Positions 17,229-26,220 of a stretch of DNA of 64,000 bases are shown one piece after another. Source of the DNA: Myxococcota bacterium (GTDB lineage: Bacteria; Myxococcota_A; UBA9160; SZUA-336); NCBI GenBank assembly GCA_035498015.1, contig DATKAO010000018.1, positions 1,835-65,834 on the forward strand, in the 5' to 3' direction. Made by a program: the position numbers and the translations under genes. The first letter of the stretch is position 1. Every line of letters begins with the position of its first letter. The notes beneath the pieces are model-generated. The model was not told where the DNA came from, made no database searches, and was given only the letters and a program-made list of their open reading frames with translations.

Positions 17229-17693
17229 ATGGGATGGACGATGACGCCGGGTCCGCGCAGGACCGCCGCGATCGCACTCTGCGCCGCGGGGGTCGCCCTG
17301 TCCGGCTGTCGCCGAGCGGAGCCGACGACCCCGCCGCCGGTGGCTGCCTCGCCGGTGTCCCCGCCCGTCGACGGTCACATCGATCCCGGCCCGTATCGCA
17401 CCGAGATCCAGGCCGCAGAGGCGATCCTCTACGCCAGCGATGCCCCGAGCGACGGCGCGTGGAAGGACCTGTCTCGCGCGCTGCTCGAGCTCCACAACGC
17501 GATCGTCTTCCGCGATACCTCGCCCGAGGCCCGAGAGACCAGCCGCAAGCTCTTCTTCCTGTCGGCCGATGTCGATTCGAGGAAGGCGCCCACCCAAGGC
17601 GGCGAGCCGCTCGCCGAGGTGCGCGCCTCGTGGGAAGAGATTCGCACCCGGCAGTTCATCCAGGCGGATTGGTTTCACACGGCGACGCCGTAG
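17229..17693 (+). CDS. lipoprotein of unknown function
   Basis: Signal peptide with lipobox AAGVALSGC; Pro-rich linker. Precise start uncertain (Met at 17205, 17229 or 17241). Confidence 0.5.
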   Translation: MGWTMTPGPRRTAAIALCAAGVALSGCRRAEPTTPPPVAASPVSPPVDGHIDPGPYRTEIQAAEAILYASDAPSDGAWKDLSRALLELHNAIVFRDTSPEARETSRKLFFLSADVDSRKAPTQGGEPLAEVRASWEEIRTRQFIQADWFHTATP

Positions 17694-17768
17694 ACGCCCC
17701 GCGGCCGCTGCGCGAGAATCCGCGCGCGGCGCGCTGCCCGCGGCGCTCGCGCGCCTCGGAGCGATGCA

Positions 17769-19100
17769 ATGACTCAAGCGTTGGTCGATGAAGACGACCA
17801 TCTGAATCCCGCCGACCTGCGCACGATCTGGCGCATCCTCACGCCCGAGGAGCGCGTCGAGGCGTTCCACTTGCTCGGCCGCGAGGACGCGGAGGAGTTC
17901 TTCCTCGGTCTCTCCGCGGCCGACCTGGCCATGCTGATGCGCGTGCTGCCGCGCAGCGAGCGCCGCTCCTGGATGCGCCTGCTCGCGCCCGACGACGCGG
18001 CCGACCTGGTGCAGCAGGTCCCCGACGAGGAGCGCAACGAGTTACTCGGCCTGCTCGATGACCCGACGCGCAAGGAGGTCACGGCGCTCCTGGCCTACAA
18101 GCAGGACGCCGCCGGCGGGCTGATGAACCCGCGCTACGCGCGCCTGCGCCCCGAGATGACGGTCGACGAGGCGATCGGCTACCTGCGCCGGCAGGCGCGC
18201 ACGAACCTCGAGGTGATCTCCTACCTGTACGTGATCGACGACCAGCAGAAGCTGCTGGGCGTGGTGTCGTTCCGGGAGCTGTTCGGCTCGCCGCCCGAGC
18301 GCACGGTGCGCGAGGTCATGCGCAAAGACATCGTCATGGTGCGCGACGACCAGGACCAGGAGGAGGTCAGCAAGGTCTTCACCGAGAACGACCTGATCGC
18401 GATCCCCGTCGTCGACGCCGAGGGTCACATGAAGGGCATCGTGACCTTCGACGACATCGTCGGCGTCGTGCAGGAAGAAGCCACCGAGGACATCCAGAAA
18501 CTCGGCGGCATGGAGGCCCTCGAGGCCCCGTATCTCGACATCGCCTTCGGCCGCATGTTCCGGCGCCGCGCGGGCTGGCTCTCGGCGCTGTTTCTCGGCG
18601 AGATGCTCACCGCCACCGCGATGGCGTTCTTCGAGGACGAGATCGCGCGCGCGGTCGTGCTGGCGCTGTTCGTGCCGCTGATCATCTCGAGCGGCGGCAA
18701 CTCGGGCTCACAGGCCTCGACCCTGGTCGTGCGCGCCATGGCGCTGGGCGAAGTCACCCTGCGCGACTGGTGGCGCGTGGTGCGGCGCGAGTTCGCCTCG
18801 GGCCTGGCGCTGGGCTCGCTCCTGGGCACGATCGGCTTCTTCCGCATCGTGGTCTGGCAGATGGTCTCGCCGCTCTACGGCGAGCACTACCTGCGCGTGG
18901 CCTTCACGGTCGCGGGGAGCCTCGTGGGCGTGGTGCTGTTCGGCTCGCTCGCCGGCTCGCTCCTGCCGTTCCTGTTCCGCCGCCTGGGCGTCGACCCCGC
19001 GAGCGCCTCCGCGCCGTTCGTCGCCACGCTCGTCGACGTGAGCGGGCTCGTCATCTACTTCACGATCGCGAACCTGATTCTCGGTGGCACGCTGCTGTAG
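17769..19100 (+). CDS. mgtE: magnesium transporter MgtE
   Basis: MgtE N-domain, tandem CBS domains (VREVMRKDIVMV), five C-terminal TM helices. Confidence 0.85.
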   Translation: MTQALVDEDDHLNPADLRTIWRILTPEERVEAFHLLGREDAEEFFLGLSAADLAMLMRVLPRSERRSWMRLLAPDDAADLVQQVPDEERNELLGLLDDPTRKEVTALLAYKQDAAGGLMNPRYARLRPEMTVDEAIGYLRRQARTNLEVISYLYVIDDQQKLLGVVSFRELFGSPPERTVREVMRKDIVMVRDDQDQEEVSKVFTENDLIAIPVVDAEGHMKGIVTFDDIVGVVQEEATEDIQKLGGMEALEAPYLDIAFGRMFRRRAGWLSALFLGEMLTATAMAFFEDEIARAVVLALFVPLIISSGGNSGSQASTLVVRAMALGEVTLRDWWRVVRREFASGLALGSLLGTIGFFRIVVWQMVSPLYGEHYLRVAFTVAGSLVGVVLFGSLAGSLLPFLFRRLGVDPASASAPFVATLVDVSGLVIYFTIANLILGGTLL

Positions 19101-19105
19101 GTCAG

Positions 19106-19180
19106 GCCGAGCGAAGGCCGCCCTGAGCGAGGCCCGCAAGCGCCGGAGGCGCGCGCAGTGAGCCGCAGGCGAACGAAGTC
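19106..19180. repeat. about 75-bp repeat, copy B (inverted relative to copy A at 17092..17167)
   Basis: gccgagcgaaggccgccctgagcgagg...gcgcagtgagccgcaggcgaacgaagtc. Lies between the convergent mgtE and LLM oxidoreductase genes. Confidence 0.6.
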
Positions 19181-20060
19181 AGAAGTTACTGGCGGCGGGG
19201 ATGATCTCCTTGCCGAAGGTGACCAGCGGTGCGATGTCGTGGGCGTTGGGCAGGTTGAAGATCGCCTGGTCGATGCCCACGGCAGCGAGCTCGCGGCACA
19301 CCTTGATCAGGTCGGCGGCCGACTGCTTGCCCGGCGCAAGCCAGGCGGTGCCCAGCGTCGTCTTCTCGATCGCGCCGAAGTCGCGCTTCTCGGTGTCACA
19401 GTGGCGGCGCAGCACGTCGAGCTTGCGGCCCAGGCCGTCGGGACCGAGGAACGCGAATAGGTTGCAGGCGTCGGCGTAGCGCGCGACCAGGCGCAGCGTC
19501 TTCTTCTCGCCCGCGCCGCCGATCAGGATCTTGGGCCGCGGGCGGGTGATGGGCGCCGGCACGCACAGTGTCTCGGCCAGCTTGTAGTGCTTGCCGTTGA
19601 ACGGCGCGACCTTGCCCGACCACATCTGCAGGGCGATGCGCAGCGTTTCCTCGAGCCTCTCGAAGCGCTCGGCGAGCGGTGGGAAGGGCACGCCCAAACC
19701 CACGTGCTCGCGCTCGAACCAGGCCGCGCCGATGCCCAGGTACGCGCGGCCGCCCGACAGCACGTCGAGCGTGGTCACCGTCTTCAAGAGCACCCCCGGA
19801 TGGCGGTAGGTGACTCCCGTGACCATGGTGCCGAGCTTGGGGCGGTGGGTGACTCCCGCGAGATAGGAGAGTGCCGCGTAGCCCTCGAGCATCTCCTGCT
19901 CGGCTGCGCCCACCATCGGGATCTGGAAGAAGTGGTCCATGACCCAGATGCTGGCGAAGCCCGCCTCCTCGGCGGCCTGAGCGATCTCGCGCAGCTTGGC
20001 GGACAGCCCGGCGGCGCCGCCCGGCCAGGTGAAGATCGGGATCTGCAATCCGATTCGCAC
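19179..20060 (-). CDS. luciferase-like (LLM-class, probably F420/flavin-dependent) oxidoreductase
   Basis: GTG start at 20060 preceded by GGAGGAG, which overlaps the dsbA stop. Motifs RIGLQIPIF, IWVMDHFFQIP, LEGYAALSYLAGVT. Confidence 0.75.
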   Translation of the reverse strand: MRIGLQIPIFTWPGGAAGLSAKLREIAQAAEEAGFASIWVMDHFFQIPMVGAAEQEMLEGYAALSYLAGVTHRPKLGTMVTGVTYRHPGVLLKTVTTLDVLSGGRAYLGIGAAWFEREHVGLGVPFPPLAERFERLEETLRIALQMWSGKVAPFNGKHYKLAETLCVPAPITRPRPKILIGGAGEKKTLRLVARYADACNLFAFLGPDGLGRKLDVLRRHCDTEKRDFGAIEKTTLGTAWLAPGKQSAADLIKVCRELAAVGIDQAIFNLPNAHDIAPLVTFGKEIIPAASNF

Positions 20061-20071
20061 GGTGACTCCTC

Positions 20072-20683
20072 CTAGGCCGCGTCGAGCGCGCGGCGGACCC
20101 AGCGGCGGTAGACCTCGAGCGGCTGGGCGCCGCTGATCGCGACGTCGTTGCCGACCATGCGCACGGCGGGCACGCCGCCGACGCCCAGCTCGATGGCCTG
20201 GTTGTGCTCTTTGGCGATCTGCTCCAACAGCTCGGGCGCCATGGCGCGCGAGAGCTCGGACTCGGGCAGCCCCACCTCGCGCCACAGCGCAGCCAGCGTC
20301 TGCGCGTTCGAGATGTCGCGGCTCTGCACGAAGTAGGCGTGCAGGAGCGCGTGGTGCATCAGATAGAAGGGCTCGGGGCCGAGCGAGGCAGCGGCCTTGG
20401 CCACCAGGTGCGCGGGCACGCTGTGAGACGGCGGGCCCTCGTCGCTCGCCCAGGTGTGGAACTCCGCGGTCGGCTCTTCCTGCGCGGCGCGCTGCCACAG
20501 CTCGGTGTAGCGGCGGAACTTCTCGAGGTCGCGGCCCGGCTCGGGCGCGGGCCGGAGCAAGAAGCTTCTCCACACGATCTCGAGCTCGGGACCGACCTCG
20601 GCCGCGACGCGCTCCAGCCGGATCGACGCCACGTTGCACCACGGACACAGATAGTCGGACCAGACCTCGAGCACGACGGCCAA
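20072..20683 (-). CDS. DsbA-family thiol:disulfide oxidoreductase
   Basis: LAVVLEVWSDYLCPWC thioredoxin-fold CPxC motif. TTG (20683) or GTG (20674) start immediately after the ethD stop. Confidence 0.7.
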   Translation of the reverse strand: MAVVLEVWSDYLCPWCNVASIRLERVAAEVGPELEIVWRSFLLRPAPEPGRDLEKFRRYTELWQRAAQEEPTAEFHTWASDEGPPSHSVPAHLVAKAAASLGPEPFYLMHHALLHAYFVQSRDISNAQTLAALWREVGLPESELSRAMAPELLEQIAKEHNQAIELGVGGVPAVRMVGNDVAISGAQPLEVYRRWVRRALDAA

Positions 20684-20684
20684 G

Positions 20685-21059
20685 TTACTTCCCAGCGATG
20701 ATCTCGCGCTCGCGCGCCCAGAACAGCGGCGAGTTCGCGAGGTCGATGAACTTGCGCTCGTCTTCCAAGAGGATGCGTCCCGCCTCGACGCCCGCGGGTG
20801 TGCCGAGGGCGGCCGCGATGTCCTCCTCGCTCTTCCACCACAGCTCGGCAACGCCGTCGTAGCCGGGCGGGCCGCCGCGCGTCGCTCGCAGCGCGTCGGC
20901 GGCGTCGCCGAGCAGTGTATGGGTCTGCACGTAGCGCTGGATGCGCAGCGCGGCCGCTTGCTTCCGAACGAGCGGCGCGTGTGTCTCGAACCAGTACTTC
21001 TGGAACGCCTCGCGCGACAGGTGGGGCAGCCGGCGCAGACAGAAGCTGAGCTTCACCAT
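20685..21059 (-). CDS. EthD-family (Dabb-fold) protein
   Basis: MVKLSFCLRRLPHLSREAFQKYWFETHAPLV matches the EthD-family N-terminus. 124 aa. Confidence 0.65.
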   Translation of the reverse strand: MVKLSFCLRRLPHLSREAFQKYWFETHAPLVRKQAAALRIQRYVQTHTLLGDAADALRATRGGPPGYDGVAELWWKSEEDIAAALGTPAGVEAGRILLEDERKFIDLANSPLFWAREREIIAGK

Positions 21060-21089
21060 GGGCGCAGCGTATCACGCCCCGCGGGCCGG

Positions 21090-22154
21090 CTACTCCTTGG
21101 GCAGGAGCGGCTCGAAACGCTGCTTGTCGGTCGCCTTGGCGTAGGCGTCGTGCGGGTCGACCTTCTTGGCCTGGGCCAGCTCGAACAGCGCGTCGTCCAT
21201 GAGCTGCATGCCGTCGGCCTTGCCCTGCTGGATGAACGAGCCGAGCATGCCCACGTTCGCCTCGCGGATGATGTTCGGCAGCGCCTTGGTCTTGAGCAGT
21301 ATCTCGTTGGCGGCGACGCGGCCCTTGCCGTCGGCGGTCGGCAGCAAGAGCTGCGCGACCACGCCGCCGAGTGACTCGGCGAGCGACAGCCGCACCTGCG
21401 CCTGCTCGTCGGAGGGGAAGGTGTCGATGATGCGGTCGATCGTCTTGGGCGCGTTGTTCGTGTGCAGCGTGCCGAACACGAGCATGCCCATCTCGGCCGC
21501 GGTGAGCGCGAGCGAGATCGTCTCGTAGTCGCGCATCTCACCCACCAGCACCACGTCCGCGTCCTGGCGGATCGCGGCGCGCAGACCGGGGCCGAAGCCC
21601 CGGGTGTGCGAGCCGACCTCGCGGTGCGAGAGCACGCTCTTCTTGTTCTCGTGCACGAACTCGACCGGGTCCTCGAGCGTGAGGATGTGCTTGGCGTAGG
21701 TGCGGTTGATCTTGTCGATGATCGCCGCCAGCGTGGTCGACTTGCCCGAGCCGGTGGGGCCAGTCACCACGACCAGCCCCTTGCGCAGGTGCACCAGGCC
21801 CTCGATCGCCTTGGGCAGGTGCAGCTCCTCGAGCGGCACGATCTTCTCGGGGATCATGCGGAACACCGCGCCCGCGCCGTGCTCCTGCACGAAGAAGTTG
21901 GCGCGAAAGCGCGCGACGCCCTCGAGGCCGTAGGCGAAGTCGAGGTCGTGCTTCTCGTCGTAAGTCGTCCACTGGGACTGGGTCGCCATCTCGCGCAGCA
22001 GCTTGCGCAGGCCGGCGTCGTCGAGCCGCGACTGGCCTTCGACGGCCCGCAGCTCGCCGTTCACGCGGATGCGCGGCTCGAGACCCGCCGCGAGATGCAG
22101 GTCGGAGCCTTTGTGCTGTTTCAGGTAGCGGAGGAGCTCGTCGATCTGCGCCAC
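21090..22154 (-). CDS. pilT: type IV pilus retraction ATPase PilT
   Basis: Walker A GPTGSGKSTT, Asp box, and the AIRQDADVVLVGEMRD PilT signature. 354 aa. Confidence 0.85.
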   Translation of the reverse strand: MAQIDELLRYLKQHKGSDLHLAAGLEPRIRVNGELRAVEGQSRLDDAGLRKLLREMATQSQWTTYDEKHDLDFAYGLEGVARFRANFFVQEHGAGAVFRMIPEKIVPLEELHLPKAIEGLVHLRKGLVVVTGPTGSGKSTTLAAIIDKINRTYAKHILTLEDPVEFVHENKKSVLSHREVGSHTRGFGPGLRAAIRQDADVVLVGEMRDYETISLALTAAEMGMLVFGTLHTNNAPKTIDRIIDTFPSDEQAQVRLSLAESLGGVVAQLLLPTADGKGRVAANEILLKTKALPNIIREANVGMLGSFIQQGKADGMQLMDDALFELAQAKKVDPHDAYAKATDKQRFEPLLPKE

Positions 22155-22167
22155 GTCGTCTCTCCGC

Positions 22168-23649
22168 TCACTTCCCGCCCGGGATCAGCTTCGGATCCTC
22201 GGCGTGGAGCAGTGCCTCGTCGCGCTTCACGCTGCCGGCCTTGACCAGCTGGGCCAGCGACGCGTCGAGCAGACACATTCCCGACGCGGCGCCGGTCTGC
22301 ATGGTCGAGCGGATCTGGACCGTCTTCTCCTCGCGGATCAGGTTGCCGACCGGCCGGTTCACGACCAGGATCTCGACCGCCGGCACCATGCCGCGCGCGT
22401 CGGCGCGCGGCAGGAGCCGCTGCGAGATGACCGCGCGCAGTGACTCGGAGAGCATCGCGCGCACCTGGTCCTGCTGCTCGGGCGGGAACGAGCCGATGAT
22501 GCGGTTCACCGTGCGCACCGCGTTGTCGGTGTGCAGCGTGGCCAGCACGAAGTGACCCGTCTCGGCGGCGGTCATGGCCAGCGAGATCGTCTCGCGGTCG
22601 CGCAGCTCGCCGATCACGATCACGTCCGGGTCCTCGCGCAGGGCCGCGCGCAGCGCGCGCGCGAACGATTCGGTGTGGCGCTTCACGTTGCGCTGGTTGA
22701 CCACGCAGCGCTTCGACGGATGCAGATACTCGATCGGATCCTCGATCGTGAGGATGTGCTCGGCGCGCTCCTCGTTGATCAGGTTCACCAGCGCCGCCAT
22801 GGTCGACGACTTGCCGCAGGCCGACGGGCCGGTGATCAGCACCATGCCCTGGTGGAAGTTGGTGAACTTCGCGAGGGCGCTGGGCAGGTTCAGGTCGTCG
22901 AGCGTGGGCGGCTGGAGCGAGATGCGCCGGAAGCTCGCGTCGAGCCCGCGCAGCTGCTTGTACACGTTGGCGCGGAAGCGCGCGAGACCCTTCACCGTGT
23001 GACAGAAGTCGAGCTCGCCGTGGGTCTCGAGCGCCGCGCGGTCCTCGTCGGACAGCACGGACAGGATGAGCTTCTCGGCGATCGGCGGTGACAGCTTGGA
23101 GTCGGGCACCTCGACCAGTGACCCGCGCACGCGCAGGCGCACGTTCGAGCCGCTGTGCAGGTGCACGTCGCTCGCGCCCTGGCCGGCAGCGTCGACCAGC
23201 AGCGCGTCGAGGCCCTTGTCGAGCGGGATGCGCGAGGCCGCGCTGGCCGCGCTGCCCACGACCGGGCGCGCCTTGGGCGCAGTCGCGGGCGCGGCCTTCG
23301 GCGTGGGACGCGCCTCGCGCGCCAGCGACGCCGCCGCGGGTGAGTCGGTCTCGGAGCCGAGCTCGGGCGCCGGCTTCGCGATCGCCGGAGTGACTGGCGC
23401 ATCGCCCTTCTTCTCGCGGGCACGCGCGATCACGCTCTTCTGCAGCTCGACGGCCTTCGCGAGGTTGTCCTTGGAGAGGAATCCCATCGCGATCAGGACC
23501 TCGCCCAGGTTCTTGCCCCCGCCGATGCGCGCCTGCTCGCGCGTGGCCTGCGCGAGCTGCTCCATGGTGATCAGCTTCGCCGCGACGGCCACCCGCCCGA
23601 GCAGCGCATCGGCGGGTGTGGCGGGCGGGGGGTTCTGCGGCGTCGACAT
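22168..23649 (-). CDS. PilT/PilU-family ATPase paralog with an N-terminal GspE_N-like domain and Ala/Pro-rich linker
   Basis: ATG at 23649. N-terminal LGEVLIAMGFLSKDNLAKAVELQ (T2SS-E N-domain like). ATPase core LITGPSACGKSSTMAALV and IVIGELRDRETISLAMTAAETGH. Confidence 0.75.
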   Translation of the reverse strand: MSTPQNPPPATPADALLGRVAVAAKLITMEQLAQATREQARIGGGKNLGEVLIAMGFLSKDNLAKAVELQKSVIARAREKKGDAPVTPAIAKPAPELGSETDSPAAASLAREARPTPKAAPATAPKARPVVGSAASAASRIPLDKGLDALLVDAAGQGASDVHLHSGSNVRLRVRGSLVEVPDSKLSPPIAEKLILSVLSDEDRAALETHGELDFCHTVKGLARFRANVYKQLRGLDASFRRISLQPPTLDDLNLPSALAKFTNFHQGMVLITGPSACGKSSTMAALVNLINEERAEHILTIEDPIEYLHPSKRCVVNQRNVKRHTESFARALRAALREDPDVIVIGELRDRETISLAMTAAETGHFVLATLHTDNAVRTVNRIIGSFPPEQQDQVRAMLSESLRAVISQRLLPRADARGMVPAVEILVVNRPVGNLIREEKTVQIRSTMQTGAASGMCLLDASLAQLVKAGSVKRDEALLHAEDPKLIPGGK

Positions 23650-23761
23650 CGGCCCCCGCGCTATCGGCAGGCGCGGTGGGGCCGTTGAGCTCGCGACCGG
23701 CAACTCATGTGCAACTTCGAAGCGATTGTTCGCAGGTGCCGCGATCGCGTACCCTGTGGCC

Positions 23762-24142
23762 ATGGTGCGCGCGAGTGTCTCGTGTGTCGTGTGGCTGCTC
23801 CTCACCTCGCTCTGCCAGGCCGAGGGCCTGTCCGGGACTTACCAAGGCTCGGGCACCTGCCGCGGCGCGAACGGGGTCATGGCGCAGCCCTCGACGCTGG
23901 TGGTGTCCGAGACCGGCCCGGGTGCGTTTCGCGCCGAGCTCGGCGGCGTGGCCTACACGGGCCGGGTCGATGCCTCGGGCTCCGGATTCCTGAAGCGCCG
24001 CGGCGCGCTGGACCCCGGCTACGGGAACGGCCACGGGGCGCTGCTCGACCTGCGCCTGGCGCCGGGCGGGGCGCTCAGCGTCTCGGGCGAATTCCCGGGC
24101 GCGGGCACCTGCACGGGGACCTGGACGCGCGTCGCCGAGTGA
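23762..24142 (+). CDS. small secreted protein of unknown function
   Basis: ATG at 23762 within ORF 23066..24142. Signal peptide MVRASVSCVVWLLLTSLCQA; Gly-rich 126-aa product. Confidence 0.4.
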   Translation: MVRASVSCVVWLLLTSLCQAEGLSGTYQGSGTCRGANGVMAQPSTLVVSETGPGAFRAELGGVAYTGRVDASGSGFLKRRGALDPGYGNGHGALLDLRLAPGGALSVSGEFPGAGTCTGTWTRVAE

Positions 24143-24187
24143 CTCGCCGGCCGGCTGCGCCGGAGCGCGCCCGCTACTCTCCCTCGA

Positions 24188-25441
24188 GTGAAGCAGGTCG
24201 TGGTCGTCGGCGGAGGTTTTGCCGGCCTGGCCGCCGCGCGCGGGCTGGCGCGCGAGCCCGGTGTGCAGGTCACGTTGATCGACCGCCGCAATCACCACCT
24301 GTTTCAGCCGCTCTTGTACCAGGTCGCTACCGCCGGGCTGTCGCCGGCCGACATCGCCGTCCCGATTCGCGGGCTCTTGTCGCGCCAGGCGAACGCGCGC
24401 GTGCTGCGCGCGGAGGTGCGCGACGTGGATCTGGTGGCGCGCGAGGTGAAGACCGAGGCCGGCTCATTCCCTTACGACTATCTCGTGCTCGCGTGCGGCT
24501 CGCGCCATTCGTACTTCGGTCACGAGGAGTGGGAGGCGTTCGCGCCCGGCCTGAAGACCATCGAGCAGGCGACCGAGATCCGCCGCCGCGTGCTCGACGC
24601 CTTCGAAGACGCCGAGAAGGAGACCGACGCGCGCCGGCAGCGCGCGGCGCTCACCTTCGTGATCGTCGGCGGCGGCCCGACCGGCGTGGAGCTGGCGGGC
24701 GCGATCGGTGAGATGAGCCGCTTCACGCTGGCGCGTGACTTCCGCCGCATCGATCCCAAGCTCGCGCGCATCGTGCTGGTCGAGGCGGCAGCGCGCATCC
24801 TGCCCGCGCTCGCGCCCGCGCTCGCGAGCCGCGCCGTCCGCGACCTCGAGTCACTCGGCGTACAGGTGTGGACCCACAGCGCGGTCACGCGCGTCGACGC
24901 GCAGGGCGTCGAGATCGGCGCGGAGCGCATCGAAGCCCACACCGTGCTGTGGGCCGCGGGCGTGCGCTCCGACGAGCTCAGCCGGCGCCTGGGAGTCACG
25001 CTCGGTCCCGGTGGGCGCGTGCCGGTGGGCAGCGACCTCTCACTGGCCGATCACCCCGAGGTCTTCGTCGCCGGCGATCAGGCCCAGGTGCGCGATGCCG
25101 GAGGGCACGACCTGCCGGCGCTCGCGCCCGTCGCGCTCCAAGAGGGCCGCTTCATCGCGCGCCAGATCCGCGCCTCGCTGGCCGCGCTGCCGCGCGCGTC
25201 GTTCCACTACGTCGACCGCGGCACGCTCGCGACCATCGGCCGCAGCCGCGCGGTGGGCCAGATTCGCGGCTGGCAGGTGCACGGCAGCTTCGCCTGGCTG
25301 GTCTGGCTGTTCGTCCACATCTACTACCTGGTGGGCTTCCGCAACCGGGCGCTGGTCGTGTTCCAGTGGGCCTGGTCGTACTTCCGTTTCCGCCGGGGCG
25401 CGCGCTTGATCGTGGAGAAGGAGTGGCGCTTCTACGGCTGA
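24188..25441 (+). CDS. ndh: type II NADH:quinone oxidoreductase (NDH-2)
   Basis: GTG start. Two Rossmann motifs VVVVGGGFAGL and FVIVGGGPTGVELAG; C-terminal membrane-anchoring helix. Confidence 0.8.
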   Translation: MKQVVVVGGGFAGLAAARGLAREPGVQVTLIDRRNHHLFQPLLYQVATAGLSPADIAVPIRGLLSRQANARVLRAEVRDVDLVAREVKTEAGSFPYDYLVLACGSRHSYFGHEEWEAFAPGLKTIEQATEIRRRVLDAFEDAEKETDARRQRAALTFVIVGGGPTGVELAGAIGEMSRFTLARDFRRIDPKLARIVLVEAAARILPALAPALASRAVRDLESLGVQVWTHSAVTRVDAQGVEIGAERIEAHTVLWAAGVRSDELSRRLGVTLGPGGRVPVGSDLSLADHPEVFVAGDQAQVRDAGGHDLPALAPVALQEGRFIARQIRASLAALPRASFHYVDRGTLATIGRSRAVGQIRGWQVHGSFAWLVWLFVHIYYLVGFRNRALVVFQWAWSYFRFRRGARLIVEKEWRFYG

Positions 25442-26220
25442 CGCAGCGCGGCGCCGAGTCGCTCGGCGAACTCTTTGGCCGGGTCCGCTTCATGAGTCAT
25501 CACCGCCACGCCATCGGCCAGTCCCGAGCGCGCGAGCCGGCGCACGAGCTCGCCGAACCAGTCCCAGCCGAAGTCCGCGCCGCGCTCTTCGAGGCCGCGC
25601 AGCAAGGCCTCCGGCAGGGGCACGCCGAGCCGCTCGCCGAGCCGCTCGGCGGCAGCCAGGGAAGTGAGTGGGATCAGCATGGGCACGATCGCGACCGCGG
25701 GCGCCCGGGCGCGGATCGCCTCGGCCAGCGGAGCGAGCGCCGCGAGCTCGAAGACCGGCTGTGTCTGCACGAAGCCGGCCCCGGCCGCGAGCTTGGGCCA
25801 GAGCAGCGCCAGCGCGCGCTCGCGCGGGCCGTAGGGGTCGGCAGTGACTCCCACGCGCGCCCCCGGCATCGCGGCGCGAGTTCGCGCGACCAACGACGCC
25901 AGCGTGGGCGGCGGCACCGGCTCGGGCGGCCCCGCCTCACCGCGCACCACGAGTGCGGCGCGCAGGCCCGCCACGGCCGCGCGCGCGATCTCGCGCTCGA
26001 GCTCGGCTTCGCTGCGGCCGCGACTCACCAGGTGCCACACCGCGGGAGTGCCGTGGCGTTCGAGCTCGAGCGCCGCGTCGAGGCTCGGCTGGCGGTCGGG
26101 GCGTTGGATCACGTGGACCGGGCGGGCCAGGTCGCCGAGCAGGCCGGCCCGGCGCAGCAGGATCTCGGGCCGCGACTGGCGCGGTGGTGTGATCTCGAGC
26201 GCGACACCGAGCCGTGTCAT
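25432..26220 (-). CDS. methylenetetrahydrofolate reductase-like (MetF family) protein
   Basis: LEITPPRQ, VAVMTHEAD and a TIM-barrel pattern comparable to E. coli MetF. Start overlaps the lysR stop (operonic). Confidence 0.65.
   Translation of the reverse strand: MTRLGVALEITPPRQSRPEILLRRAGLLGDLARPVHVIQRPDRQPSLDAALELERHGTPAVWHLVSRGRSEAELEREIARAAVAGLRAALVVRGEAGPPEPVPPPTLASLVARTRAAMPGARVGVTADPYGPRERALALLWPKLAAGAGFVQTQPVFELAALAPLAEAIRARAPAVAIVPMLIPLTSLAAAERLGERLGVPLPEALLRGLEERGADFGWDWFGELVRRLARSGLADGVAVMTHEADPAKEFAERLGAALRQP

Noticed and set aside
17092-19180. Calling the inverted-repeat-flanked mgtE cassette an insertion sequence or transposon
   Set aside because: No transposase or integrase is present and there are no clear target-site duplications. 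It is reported only as a repeat pair.
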